Source of the DNA: a virus
Lineage: Duplodnaviria; Caudoviricetes
DNA length: 32,718 nt
Virus record (IMG/VR): IMGVR_UViG_3300024310_000021
Span: 1 to 32,718 of that record
Direction: 5' to 3' (one strand)
Part shown: in pieces, positions 24,293 to 32,344 of the stretch
Layout of the letters: the number at the start of each line of letters is the position of its first letter
Numbering within the stretch: the stretch's first letter is position 1
Made by a program: the position numbers and the translations under genes
Notes under the pieces: model-generated
Seen by the model: only the letters and a program-made list of their open reading frames with translations
Told to the model about the DNA's origin: nothing
The model's database searches: none

Positions 24293-25587
24293 AACGGGAT
24301 GTCCGCGTCGATGGATTGCTGCTCCGGGCCGGCGGTCTCCTCCGGCTCGTCGTCAGCCCACTCTTTCAGCCCCCACAGCTTCGCGTTGGCGCGAGCGCCC
24401 AGCTCCTTGGCGCGCGCTCCGGTAACGAAGCTGAACAGGTGGGGCGCGCCCTCCAGCGCCTTGCGCGTCTCCATGTCGCCCTCGCTGATGCCGTGCGCCA
24501 CGTCCCGGGCTTTGAACCAGCCTTTAGCGCCGCGGCCGGCCGCGCGCTGCGCCTCGAGCCACGTGACGATCGGGGCCTCGAGCGCGACGTGGTCTCCCTC
24601 TTCGCTCAGCGCTTCGAACGATGCGGTGTTGTAGACGCGGCCGAGGATCACCGCGTTGGGCGGCTTCTCGCTAGCCCAACGCAGCTTCGGGAACGACAGG
24701 CGCGCCTTCTCCTTTTGAGCTCCAGCCTGGAGCGTCAGCAGCGTGTCCAGGTGGCCGCCCCAGGCTCCGGAGACGCGCGCCAGCTCGTCCTCGTTGCGCT
24801 CCGCGCGCTCCCGGAAGTGGTGGAGGAACAGGAAGGCGCGCGACTGAGCCAGACCGAGCGGGTAGAGCATCTGGACGAACACGCGCGTGTCCTCGGGGCT
24901 GCCTACTCCGCGCGGCCCGAGCATGGTCAGCGGGTCACCGATCACCAGGTCGATGCCGTCGGACTCCAGCTCAGACTGAGCGCGGCGGTGCGCGTCCGCG
25001 TCCGCGAAGTTGAACGCGCCCCAGCGCCACGCCTGGATGGAGAGGTAGCCGCCGCGCTCCCGAATGTCGTGCGGGAACCGTTCCAGCTTGTCGGCCAGCT
25101 TCAGTCGGAACATCTCTTGCGGTCCCTCGTTCTCGATCAACGCTACGCGCAGCGGCTTGTCGATCGGCCACGGCGCCGGCGCGCGCCCGTTGCCGTCCGA
25201 GTTCGGGAAGGGGAGACCGGCGGCAAGGTGGCAGGCCAGGTCGAGTACGAACGTCGTCTTACCGGCGCCGGGCCGGCCCGCCAGAATGGCGAGACCGCCC
25301 TGCGGGATGATGGCGCACTCGCGCGTGCCCCACAGCGGCGGAGGAACCTCGACCTCGGTCTTGACGAACTCGTAGGCGTCGACGAAGACCGGCTCCCCGG
25401 AGGCGCCGTTCGAGCCGTTGGCGTTCCACCCGACCGGCTGCTTCGGAGGCAGAACGCCAGGGTCGGGAGCGCCGTACTCCCACCACGGACGGTACTCGTG
25501 ATCCGGGCGCGAGTGGCCAGGCGCCTCTCCCGGCCACTCGACGTCGTCGGGGCCACCCGGCTCCGGTCCCTCGAAGGCGCGCGTCAC
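24289..25587 (-). CDS. RecA-fold RepA/AAA_25-type replicative helicase-like ATPase (432 aa)
   Basis: Walker A 'AGRPGAGKTT', 'VALIENE', Walker B 'LVIGDP', 'FLHH', 'SGAWGGHLDT', 'KLR'. Confidence 0.88.
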   Translation of the reverse strand: MTRAFEGPEPGGPDDVEWPGEAPGHSRPDHEYRPWWEYGAPDPGVLPPKQPVGWNANGSNGASGEPVFVDAYEFVKTEVEVPPPLWGTRECAIIPQGGLAILAGRPGAGKTTFVLDLACHLAAGLPFPNSDGNGRAPAPWPIDKPLRVALIENEGPQEMFRLKLADKLERFPHDIRERGGYLSIQAWRWGAFNFADADAHRRAQSELESDGIDLVIGDPLTMLGPRGVGSPEDTRVFVQMLYPLGLAQSRAFLFLHHFRERAERNEDELARVSGAWGGHLDTLLTLQAGAQKEKARLSFPKLRWASEKPPNAVILGRVYNTASFEALSEEGDHVALEAPIVTWLEAQRAAGRGAKGWFKARDVAHGISEGDMETRKALEGAPHLFSFVTGARAKELGARANAKLWGLKEWADDEPEETAGPEQQSIDADIPF

Positions 25588-26303
25588 GCGGTCGCCTCCG
25601 CCCTGACGTGCGGGAGTAGCTGAAAACCCAGCAGCTCCGTGTAGGCCGGCGGGATGGCCTGCGAGAGCTCATCCAGCGTCATCCAGTCGATCCCCATGGC
25701 CTTCTGCTGGATCGCCAGCGGGATCCGCCACTCGCCGACGGCAACCGTCCGCCGATCGTTCGGGCGAATGTGCCGGCTACCGCGGTCGAACTTGGAAGGC
25801 AGCCAGCCGCCGCAGGCGCAGCGCGGCGTCATCAGGGAGACGTTCGACTCGAACAACCGGTGACGCCGCACCTCGAGACCGCAGGCCACGCCGCAAATCG
25901 TCACCGGATCCTCTAGCGGCGCTCCGGGGACGTTCTCGATCACGTAGGGCAGGCCGGTCGCGCGCAGCAGCTCGCGCGTCTCCGGGATTAGGTTCAGATG
26001 CTCCCCCTGATGCTGGTTGGCGCGCTGGTAGGCGGAGAACAACTGGCATGGCGGCGAGGCGTGGATCGCGTCGAACTGGTCGAGGGGCATAGACCAAGAC
26101 GCCGTGCCGCCGTTCTCACCAACGCGGTGATTTGGCCGCGTCGTCTCGCCTTTCAATACGACTAGCGCGTCCGCCTCCCAGAAGTCGAACGGATAGTGCG
26201 GCTGCGGCTTAGCGTCTACGCCAACCACGTCGAAGCCCGCGCGGTGGTAGCCCATCGCCGCGCCGCCGGCACCGCAGAACAGGTCGAGGAGACGCGGCCT
26301 CAC
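25584..26303 (-). CDS. DNA (cytosine-5) methyltransferase, short phage type (239 aa)
   Basis: 'LLDLFCGAGG' (I), 'HASPPCQ' (IV), 'VIENVPGA' (VI), 'RRHRLFE' (VIII), 'LSQAIPPAY' (X); GTGA start at 26303. Confidence 0.92.
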   Translation of the reverse strand: MRPRLLDLFCGAGGAAMGYHRAGFDVVGVDAKPQPHYPFDFWEADALVVLKGETTRPNHRVGENGGTASWSMPLDQFDAIHASPPCQLFSAYQRANQHQGEHLNLIPETRELLRATGLPYVIENVPGAPLEDPVTICGVACGLEVRRHRLFESNVSLMTPRCACGGWLPSKFDRGSRHIRPNDRRTVAVGEWRIPLAIQQKAMGIDWMTLDELSQAIPPAYTELLGFQLLPHVRAEATA

Positions 26304-26545
26304 CGACACTCCCGGAGGCACTGGAGCACCGCGGCGGAGGAGCGGCGGTGGCGCTCGTACTCCCGCTCGTAGCGGCGCTGGTGCCAGTCCTCTATGGCGC
26401 CGATCCGCGCACGGTAGTCCGACGTCCCTCGGGCGTCGAAGGCGTAGCCGACGAGCGCGGCCAGCTCGACTTCCTCCGCGTCGCGCGGACCGTTGGCAAG
26501 CCGCAGCCCCGGCTCAGGGCCGACAAAGGCTGGCTGAGTAGCCAC
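26300..26545 (-). CDS. Hypothetical protein (81 aa)
   Basis: Fills the gap; its stop overlaps the MTase start; no clear SD. Confidence 0.5.
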   Translation of the reverse strand: MATQPAFVGPEPGLRLANGPRDAEEVELAALVGYAFDARGTSDYRARIGAIEDWHQRRYEREYERHRRSSAAVLQCLRECR

Positions 26546-26563
26546 GGAGTTTGGCGCTTGCGC

Positions 26564-26884
26564 CTAGGCCGTGTCGTCTTCTGCCAGCGTTAGGTCTTCC
26601 GCCCGCAAGGTGGCGCGGAGGATCCGGTCGCTGACGTTTGCGTCGGAGTCGAACTTGACCCGGCGGGGCTGAGCCACAACCACCGCGGCCACGACCACGT
26701 CGAGATGGCGCCCGAGCCGCAGGCCGTTGAACAGCTTCACGTGCTCAGCGTTCGTACGGTCGAGCTGGATGGTGCCGGTCAGCGCCACCTCGATCTGGTC
26801 CGGGTCTCCGTCGTCCGCGCGCAGGACGGGACGCTGCTCCTCGAACAGCTTCTCGTCCCCTGTTGGGACTGCCGATACACTCAT
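26564..26884 (-). CDS. Hypothetical protein (106 aa)
   Basis: ATGA-coupled with SD GAGGAG; beta-rich, possibly OB-like. Confidence 0.7.
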   Translation of the reverse strand: MSVSAVPTGDEKLFEEQRPVLRADDGDPDQIEVALTGTIQLDRTNAEHVKLFNGLRLGRHLDVVVAAVVVAQPRRVKFDSDANVSDRILRATLRAEDLTLAEDDTA

Positions 26885-27405
26885 ACCGCTCCTCTCAGCT
26901 CGGGTGTAGGCTGGTCAGATACGACGCCCGCGCGCCGCCCGAGCTGACAGAGCACGCGGAAGTCGAGAGTCGCCAGGTTGACGCCGGCGAATATGTGCTG
27001 GACTAGCAACCACGGCTGCTCTTGCGCGCCCAGCAACTCCAGGGTCTCAACGCGCGACAGACGGGGTTTCGAAGCACTGCGGTGGAGTCTAGTTCCGAAG
27101 TCGGCTTTTGCGCTATACAACGCCAAAGTGCGGAGTTCGGTCGTAGCGAGAAACGTCGTCGGCCGGCCGCGCCGGTACCAGCTCTGAACGAGCACCCAGG
27201 GACGCCGGAGCTCATCCCGCTCCGCGTCCCGTTGGGCCTGGCGCAGCCAGGAGGCGGGCAGCGTCGGGGTAGGAGCGCGCTTGCACTGGATCGCCCAGGG
27301 CGCGGTCTTGTCGCAGTCCGGTCCCTCCCGCCCAACGGGACCGGTGCGCTCGGATCCGCACATACGACACGTCGTCCGCTCGTCGTGCTTCCACTGCTGG
27401 CTCAC
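26881..27405 (-). CDS. PD-(D/E)xK nuclease, Holliday-junction-resolvase (Hjc)-like, divergent (174 aa)
   Basis: 'WKHDER...GPD...WAIQCK...WLRQAQ...PWVLV'; located next to replication genes. Confidence 0.6.
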   Translation of the reverse strand: MSQQWKHDERTTCRMCGSERTGPVGREGPDCDKTAPWAIQCKRAPTPTLPASWLRQAQRDAERDELRRPWVLVQSWYRRGRPTTFLATTELRTLALYSAKADFGTRLHRSASKPRLSRVETLELLGAQEQPWLLVQHIFAGVNLATLDFRVLCQLGRRAGVVSDQPTPELRGAV

Positions 27406-27620
27406 AGGTCGAGGTACCGCTCGAAGCGCTGGACGTCCAGCACGTAGGGACGGACGCAGTCGAGGATGACCTTGATGACCACTTCGTCTCGATCCGCCAC
27501 CACGCCGGTCTGGCGCATTACCATCTCTAGCGCCACCTCCTCTGAGACCGGCACCGGAGAGATCACTAGCCAGTCGGCGTCTCCGACCAGCTCGCGCCAG
27601 GCGTCGTAGGCGCTGCTCAC
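27402..27620 (-). CDS. Hypothetical protein (72 aa)
   Basis: GTGA-coupled on both sides; MSSAYDAWRELVGDADWLVISP... Confidence 0.65.
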   Translation of the reverse strand: MSSAYDAWRELVGDADWLVISPVPVSEEVALEMVMRQTGVVADRDEVVIKVILDCVRPYVLDVQRFERYLDL

Positions 27621-28723
27621 GTGCCCGGCTCCGCTCCGACGAACGCCCGCGGACCGGCCAGCGCGGCCTGGTGGTCCGCGTAGCACTGAAGCGCGCCGGC
27701 CGTGAGGATCCGTCCCGCGCGGTGCTCCTCGACGACCCACTCTAGGAAGCCGTCCTCGCCGGGCCAGGGCGGACGAGAGGTCGGAGGAGGCTGAGGCGGT
27801 TGCAGAGCCTCCTCCGTCGTGATTGGCAGATCGGCGCCGATCCCCGCCTCTTCACGTGCCTGTTCGAGCAATCTTCTCAGCGCCGGACTCTTCACCTCAG
27901 CGACCGCCTTCAGCGTTAGGCCGTACTCGTTCGGTTCGAGGGCGTCGAGATCCACGCCCGGGCGCAGGCGGAGCGCCGGCGCGTCCGCGAAGCGCGTCCA
28001 GTCGATCACGTGGGCGTGGCGCCCGTAACGCATCTTCACGTCGACGATCCCCGGCCAGGCGCGCTGAAGCGAGCGCGACATCTCCAGGCGTCCGTCGCCT
28101 TGGTAGAGGTCCTCGGTGTTGCCGCCCTTCATGGTCATGGTCGTCTTCTTGTCGATCAGGAAGACGTTTACCAGCAGCGTGCACCAGCCGGAGGTGAGCG
28201 CCTGTAGGCACAGGTCGGTGTCCTCGTTCAGCCTCCCGCGCCAGCGAAACTCCAGATCGTTGCGGATCAGCAGGGCCGAGTAGACGTGGCAGTTGACGTG
28301 GTAGGGCGCGATGCCCGGGACGCCGAACATCTGGTAGTTCATCCCGCCCACGGCTACGTTCTCGTACCGCTCGACGAAGTCCTCGATCGAGGCGAAGGCC
28401 GGCCCGGAGTCGCAGGGGATCCGCTTGCCGTGGTAGAGGCGGCGGATCATCCCGATGTTGTCGTCCAGGATCCAGTGGCGCTCCGCGCCGGCCTCCCGCG
28501 CGTGCTCCCAGCACCAGTTCCGCGCCGGGATCGATCCCTGGCCGAGGTTCGAGAACGGGAGCACTAGCACGCGCTCCGCCCCGACCGCGCGGCCGTACTC
28601 CTCCGCCTCTTGGGGCTCCACCACGACGCGGAAGTCCACGCCGTCGCGCTTCAGGAACCGCGCCGTCATCGGCGTCTTCCACCGACCCTTGCTGATCACG
28701 TAGACGGGATAGCGCGGCTTCAC
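27617..28723 (-). CDS. GREB1-like/TET-associated-type GT-A glycosyltransferase, copy 2 (368 aa)
   Basis: 'YPVYVISKGR', 'GSIPARNWCWEHA...RHWILDDNI', 'HVYSALLI', 'WRGRLNEDTDLCL', 'TMTMKGGNT', 'RYGRHAHVIDW'; GTGA start at 28723. Confidence 0.8.
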   Translation of the reverse strand: MKPRYPVYVISKGRWKTPMTARFLKRDGVDFRVVVEPQEAEEYGRAVGAERVLVLPFSNLGQGSIPARNWCWEHAREAGAERHWILDDNIGMIRRLYHGKRIPCDSGPAFASIEDFVERYENVAVGGMNYQMFGVPGIAPYHVNCHVYSALLIRNDLEFRWRGRLNEDTDLCLQALTSGWCTLLVNVFLIDKKTTMTMKGGNTEDLYQGDGRLEMSRSLQRAWPGIVDVKMRYGRHAHVIDWTRFADAPALRLRPGVDLDALEPNEYGLTLKAVAEVKSPALRRLLEQAREEAGIGADLPITTEEALQPPQPPPTSRPPWPGEDGFLEWVVEEHRAGRILTAGALQCYADHQAALAGPRAFVGAEPGT

Positions 28724-28971
28724 TCGATCCACTCCCACGCGCCCCACAGCGCCCCTGGCTGGCGCTCGTACCGTTCGCGCGCGTCCGCTACTACGTCGCC
28801 GAGAGCGAGCGAATCGTCGAGTAGCTCCACGCCCCCCTGGAAAGCCAGCCCGAAGTCGTCAGGCCAACGGGCTGCGACCATTTCGCGGCCGTTCCGAACG
28901 TCGACGAGCGCCTTCACGCGAACGCCGGAGTCGAGCGTTACGGACCGCCGTTCGGTCAGGAACTCACTCAC
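28720..28971 (-). CDS. Hypothetical protein (83 aa)
   Basis: GTGA-coupled on both sides; MSEFLTERRSVTLDSGVRVKALVDVRNG... Confidence 0.65.
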   Translation of the reverse strand: MSEFLTERRSVTLDSGVRVKALVDVRNGREMVAARWPDDFGLAFQGGVELLDDSLALGDVVADARERYERQPGALWGAWEWIE

Positions 28972-29291
28972 TCGCCGCGCCTCATTCCCGGAATCTCCTC
29001 GACCACGAAGCGCAGTGAGGAGAGGTCCTCGCGCGGCTTCTCCGGGTACCAGACCGACTGCGTGCCGCGCGTCCCCTTGTGGATGGTCTTCACCCCGACG
29101 ATCTTCAGGAACTCCGCGCGCTCCTCCTCGGTCTCGAAGCTGATCACCAGCCGCGCCGGCGGACGCGCGTCCCCGAACATCGGCAGCCCGATCCACTGGT
29201 GGGTGAGCTCCGCCGCGGCGTCTCCCTCCGCCACGGTCTCCACCTCGTCAACCATGTTCATCTGACCCTCGACGGGAGGCGTGTCGGTCAC
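28968..29291 (-). CDS. Small GT-partner protein paralogous to the N-terminal domain of 29288..30319 (107 aa)
   Basis: 'WIGLPMF...LVISFETEEERAEFL...SVWYP' versus 'WDESMPEF...IRVHFRNAEDRRAFL...SIWFP'. Confidence 0.75.
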   Translation of the reverse strand: MTDTPPVEGQMNMVDEVETVAEGDAAAELTHQWIGLPMFGDARPPARLVISFETEEERAEFLKIVGVKTIHKGTRGTQSVWYPEKPREDLSSLRFVVEEIPGMRRGE

Positions 29292-30319
29292 GCCGACGCT
29301 TTCGGCTTCAGCTCGTTGAACCGAAACACGCGGTAGTCGACGTGGTGCTGGGGCCGGCCCCACTTCTCGGTCACGGTCACAATGTCGGGGTGTTGTTCCC
29401 GCAGCGATTCCGCCATCTTTAGCCTCCCGTCGTCCTGATACAGCTCGTCTGTATTCCCGCCGCTCATCGTCATGGTAGGCGCTTTATTGCAGGAAAAGGC
29501 GTTGACCAATATGGTACACCAACCATCCTTCAGGACGCGGATCGACAAGTCGGTGTCTTCGTTGTAACGCCCGCGCCATCGGTGGGGCAAACTGTTCAGG
29601 ATCAGGATGCAGGAATAGATGCGCGTGTTGAGCCGAAACGGCGGCTGCGCGGCGCGGCGCGGGACGAACATCTCGTACTGGAGACCGGCCAGCGCCACGT
29701 TCTCGTAGGCGTCGGCCAGCTTCTCCGCCGGGATGAACGGGTTCTCGGTCACGCACTTCACCTTCAGGTTCCGGTTCAACCGATAGAACCCTTCGAGGTT
29801 GTCGTCGAGGATCCAGTGACGTTCGTGCCCCTCCGCGAGCGCGTGGTCCCAGACCCAATTGCGCGCGGGGATGGAACCGAGACCGAGGTCGTGAAACGGC
29901 AGCGTCAGGATCTTCTCCTCGTCCAGGTGCGCGGCGTAGGCGTCGTACTCCGGCTCCTCGATTACGATCCGGTAGCGCAGCCCTAGCTTCTCCAGCGCCT
30001 TCGACGTCAGCCGCGTGTCGGCACGCCCCTTGCTGATGACGTAGATCGGGTAGCGCCCGGGCTCCACGCGGACGCCCGCCGGCGCCGGGCTGCTCATCTT
30101 CAGGTACTTCTGCTGCGGGAACCAGATGGACTTACGCCGCGCGGGGTCCTCACCCATCTTGATCAGGAACGCACGCCGGTCTTCGGCGTTGCGGAAGTGA
30201 ACGCGGATAGAGTCGAACGACTGCTCGTCGTTCTGGACGAACTCCGGCATCGACTCGTCCCAGTGCTCCTCCCAGGACTGCGGTACGTCGAACAGCCGGT
30301 CTTGCTCGTCTTCCGCCAC
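29288..30319 (-). CDS. GREB1-like/TET-associated-type GT-A glycosyltransferase, copy 1, with fused N-terminal partner domain (343 aa)
   Basis: 'YPIYVISKGR', 'GSIPARNWVWDHA...RHWILDDNL', 'NTRIYSCILI', 'WRGRYNEDTDLS', 'TMTMSGGNT', 'KWGRPQHHVDY'. Confidence 0.8.
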   Translation of the reverse strand: MAEDEQDRLFDVPQSWEEHWDESMPEFVQNDEQSFDSIRVHFRNAEDRRAFLIKMGEDPARRKSIWFPQQKYLKMSSPAPAGVRVEPGRYPIYVISKGRADTRLTSKALEKLGLRYRIVIEEPEYDAYAAHLDEEKILTLPFHDLGLGSIPARNWVWDHALAEGHERHWILDDNLEGFYRLNRNLKVKCVTENPFIPAEKLADAYENVALAGLQYEMFVPRRAAQPPFRLNTRIYSCILILNSLPHRWRGRYNEDTDLSIRVLKDGWCTILVNAFSCNKAPTMTMSGGNTDELYQDDGRLKMAESLREQHPDIVTVTEKWGRPQHHVDYRVFRFNELKPKASA

Positions 30320-30783
30320 TAGACCTTGAGCTGCTGCTGGGTCTCGTACGCCTTAGCCGGGAGCGCTAGGCCGGCGCGGTCGCAGATGGTCGACTCGATC
30401 CCTACGAGCTGCCACTCGTACAGCTGCTCGCCTTCGAGGAACTGGCGCAGCTCCGTTCGCGCGGCCTCCAGCTTGCGCTCGTACGGATCCCGGTCGCGCT
30501 TCCGCCCAACGCCGGGAGGAGCCAGCGGCTTCTGGAACTCCGCACCCGGCTGGCGTAGGCCGATCTTCTGCGCCACCTCGATCCAGTCCCGCGCGAACTT
30601 CCCGCGCTCGATGCCCCAGACGTTCGCGAGACCGGTAGACAGCGCCGGGAGCACGCGCTCGGACAGGTGATCGATTAGCAGAGCGCGCACGCGTTCGTTC
30701 TCCTCCGGAGACGTGTTGCGCGGTCCGCGCCCCGGCTTGTTGGCGGGGTCGTACAGTTTCTTGTCGCCCAGTCGTTCCATCAC
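30319..30783 (-). CDS. Hypothetical protein (154 aa)
   Basis: SD AAGGAGG; stop overlaps the next start; helical. Confidence 0.75.
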   Translation of the reverse strand: MMERLGDKKLYDPANKPGRGPRNTSPEENERVRALLIDHLSERVLPALSTGLANVWGIERGKFARDWIEVAQKIGLRQPGAEFQKPLAPPGVGRKRDRDPYERKLEAARTELRQFLEGEQLYEWQLVGIESTICDRAGLALPAKAYETQQQLKV

Positions 30784-30791
30784 GGCCTCCT

Positions 30792-31106
30792 TCAGTACGG
30801 GATGACGCCGCTCGGACCGTTCCGGTCGTCACGCACGCCGTCAGTCCTCTCCCACAGACCTGTCCGCCGGCGGATCACCAGTCCGCGCCGGCGCAGCGCT
30901 AGCAGCACGCTTTTTCCGGCTTCCTCCGTCCACCGGCACTCTCGCTCCGTGCTGCAGGAGCAGTCGCGTGCGCTCCACAAATGCAGCCATCGGCCTACCT
31001 CCCTCGCGGAGCGCGGTCTGCGTACGAGGTCGTACGCGAGCTGCTGCCGTGGGGTGAGGTTTCCGTCCGCCGGAGGAGGAGCGAAGAGGGGGCGGTCGCT
31101 GGTCAA
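30792..31106 (-). CDS. Winged-HTH-like protein with Cys insert (104 aa)
   Basis: 'LTPRQQLAYDLV...RSAREVG...CSCSTEREC...LLALRRRGLVIR', a LexA-N/wHTH-like pattern. Confidence 0.6.
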   Translation of the reverse strand: MTSDRPLFAPPPADGNLTPRQQLAYDLVRRPRSAREVGRWLHLWSARDCSCSTERECRWTEEAGKSVLLALRRRGLVIRRRTGLWERTDGVRDDRNGPSGVIPY

Positions 31107-31288
31107 CGCGCCCCCTCTCGCCGGGGGGAGCGGCCGCCCGGGTCAGGTCGACCGCTTTCCCGTGCCGGTGAGGGCGTACTACCGGCACGCCTGCGCCCGT
31201 GAATCGGGCAGGGCTTGAGGTTCGGGCACGGCACTCGACCGAAGGGGTTCGGCTCCATCGCGCCGCAGCAGCGCGGGTCGGTGGTCAC
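31103..31288 (-). CDS. Small Cys/His-rich protein (61 aa)
   Basis: 'RCCGA...PCPNLKPCPIHG'; coupled on both sides. Confidence 0.5.
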   Translation of the reverse strand: MTTDPRCCGAMEPNPFGRVPCPNLKPCPIHGRRRAGSTPSPARESGRPDPGGRSPRREGAR

Positions 31289-32208
31289 AGCGCCCGCTCA
31301 CACAATAGTTGAGGTCCGTAGCCGTAGGCTTGGCTCGACGTTGGCATGGAGAAGTCACCGAGGGTAGGTGCGCGGTAGCCGGGAGACGCGACGACGTTCT
31401 TGCCGACCGTGACGCCGCCGGAGCTCAAGTCGATTCCGGCGTTGTCCATGTACCCCGCCAGCGTAGGCCACAGGACGTTATCGTCGATCAGGTTGGCGCT
31501 CCCCTGCGGACCAGACCAGTAGGACTCGACCAGCGAACGCACCTTGGCGTTGGAGATGATCGAGCGCCGCACCGAGTTGTTCGAGGAGGCGTAGGAGCCG
31601 CTGCCGCCGGTGCCGCTGCCCCCGCCGAAGTTGACGCCTTCCCCGCAGCGGTCGATCACGCACTCGTAGATCAGAGAGTCGTGGACGTCCGGGTACAGCT
31701 GGACTCCCCGCGCCTTGCAGCCATAGATCAGGCAGCCGCGCACGGTCAGCCGACTCGCGCTTTCAGCGTAGACGCCGTGGTCGTGGTTGTCCCGGGAGCC
31801 GACGTGGTGAACGCGGCAGTCCTCGATCAGCACGTCGCTGGCGGGACCGCGGCCGCCCTCCTCGACGGTCAGCCCGATCGAGAAGCCGATGCCGCCCTTA
31901 TTAGCGTTAGTCACTTCCACGTCGCGTACTACGACCCGGTCCCCGCCGATAGTAGGCGAGGGCAGTCCGGAGGATGAGCGCGTGTCGTGGAAGAACCGCT
32001 GGAGCACCACGTCGCTAGCCGGGACGTAGATCCGCCCAACGATGGACGCGCGCGGGGAGCCCGGCTTGGTCTGGATGGTCACGCGCTTGCCTACGCGCAC
32101 GTCCTCAACGAACGTTCCGGCCAGCAGGATGGCGTCTCCGTCCGCGGCCAGCGCCAACGCGTCCGTGATCCTCTGCCCTTGGGTAACGACGTGCTCAGCC
32201 ACGCTCAA
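31285..32208 (-). CDS. Right-handed parallel beta-helix protein without signal peptide (~307 aa)
   Basis: 'ITDALALAADGDAILL', 'VLIEDCRVHH', 'HDHGVY', 'GCLIY...RGVQLYP', 'RRSIISN', 'DDNVLW', 'PGY...GDF'. Confidence 0.85.
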   Translation of the reverse strand: MSVAEHVVTQGQRITDALALAADGDAILLAGTFVEDVRVGKRVTIQTKPGSPRASIVGRIYVPASDVVLQRFFHDTRSSSGLPSPTIGGDRVVVRDVEVTNANKGGIGFSIGLTVEEGGRGPASDVLIEDCRVHHVGSRDNHDHGVYAESASRLTVRGCLIYGCKARGVQLYPDVHDSLIYECVIDRCGEGVNFGGGSGTGGSGSYASSNNSVRRSIISNAKVRSLVESYWSGPQGSANLIDDNVLWPTLAGYMDNAGIDLSSGGVTVGKNVVASPGYRAPTLGDFSMPTSSQAYGYGPQLLCERAL

Positions 32209-32215
32209 CCACGCT

Positions 32216-32344
32216 GGCTGCTTCGGGGCTAGCCACGGGCCTCACCACAGTTGCGAACGTGCTTGAGCCATGACTCGATGAACTGACGCGGAGTCCGCCA
32301 CCAGCAGTACGGGCACTCAAGCTCGTGGGCTGCTTCGGGGCTAG
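32216..32344. repeat. 17-bp direct repeat GGCTGCTTCGGGGCTAG x2
   Basis: Exact copies at 32216-32232 and 32328-32344; each contains a minus-strand TAG stop. Confidence 0.9.

Noticed and set aside
23765-27405. Methyltransferases plus PD-(D/E)xK protein as a restriction-modification system
   Set aside because: The nuclease looks like a small resolvase, and the MTases are short orphan phage types in a replication operon.
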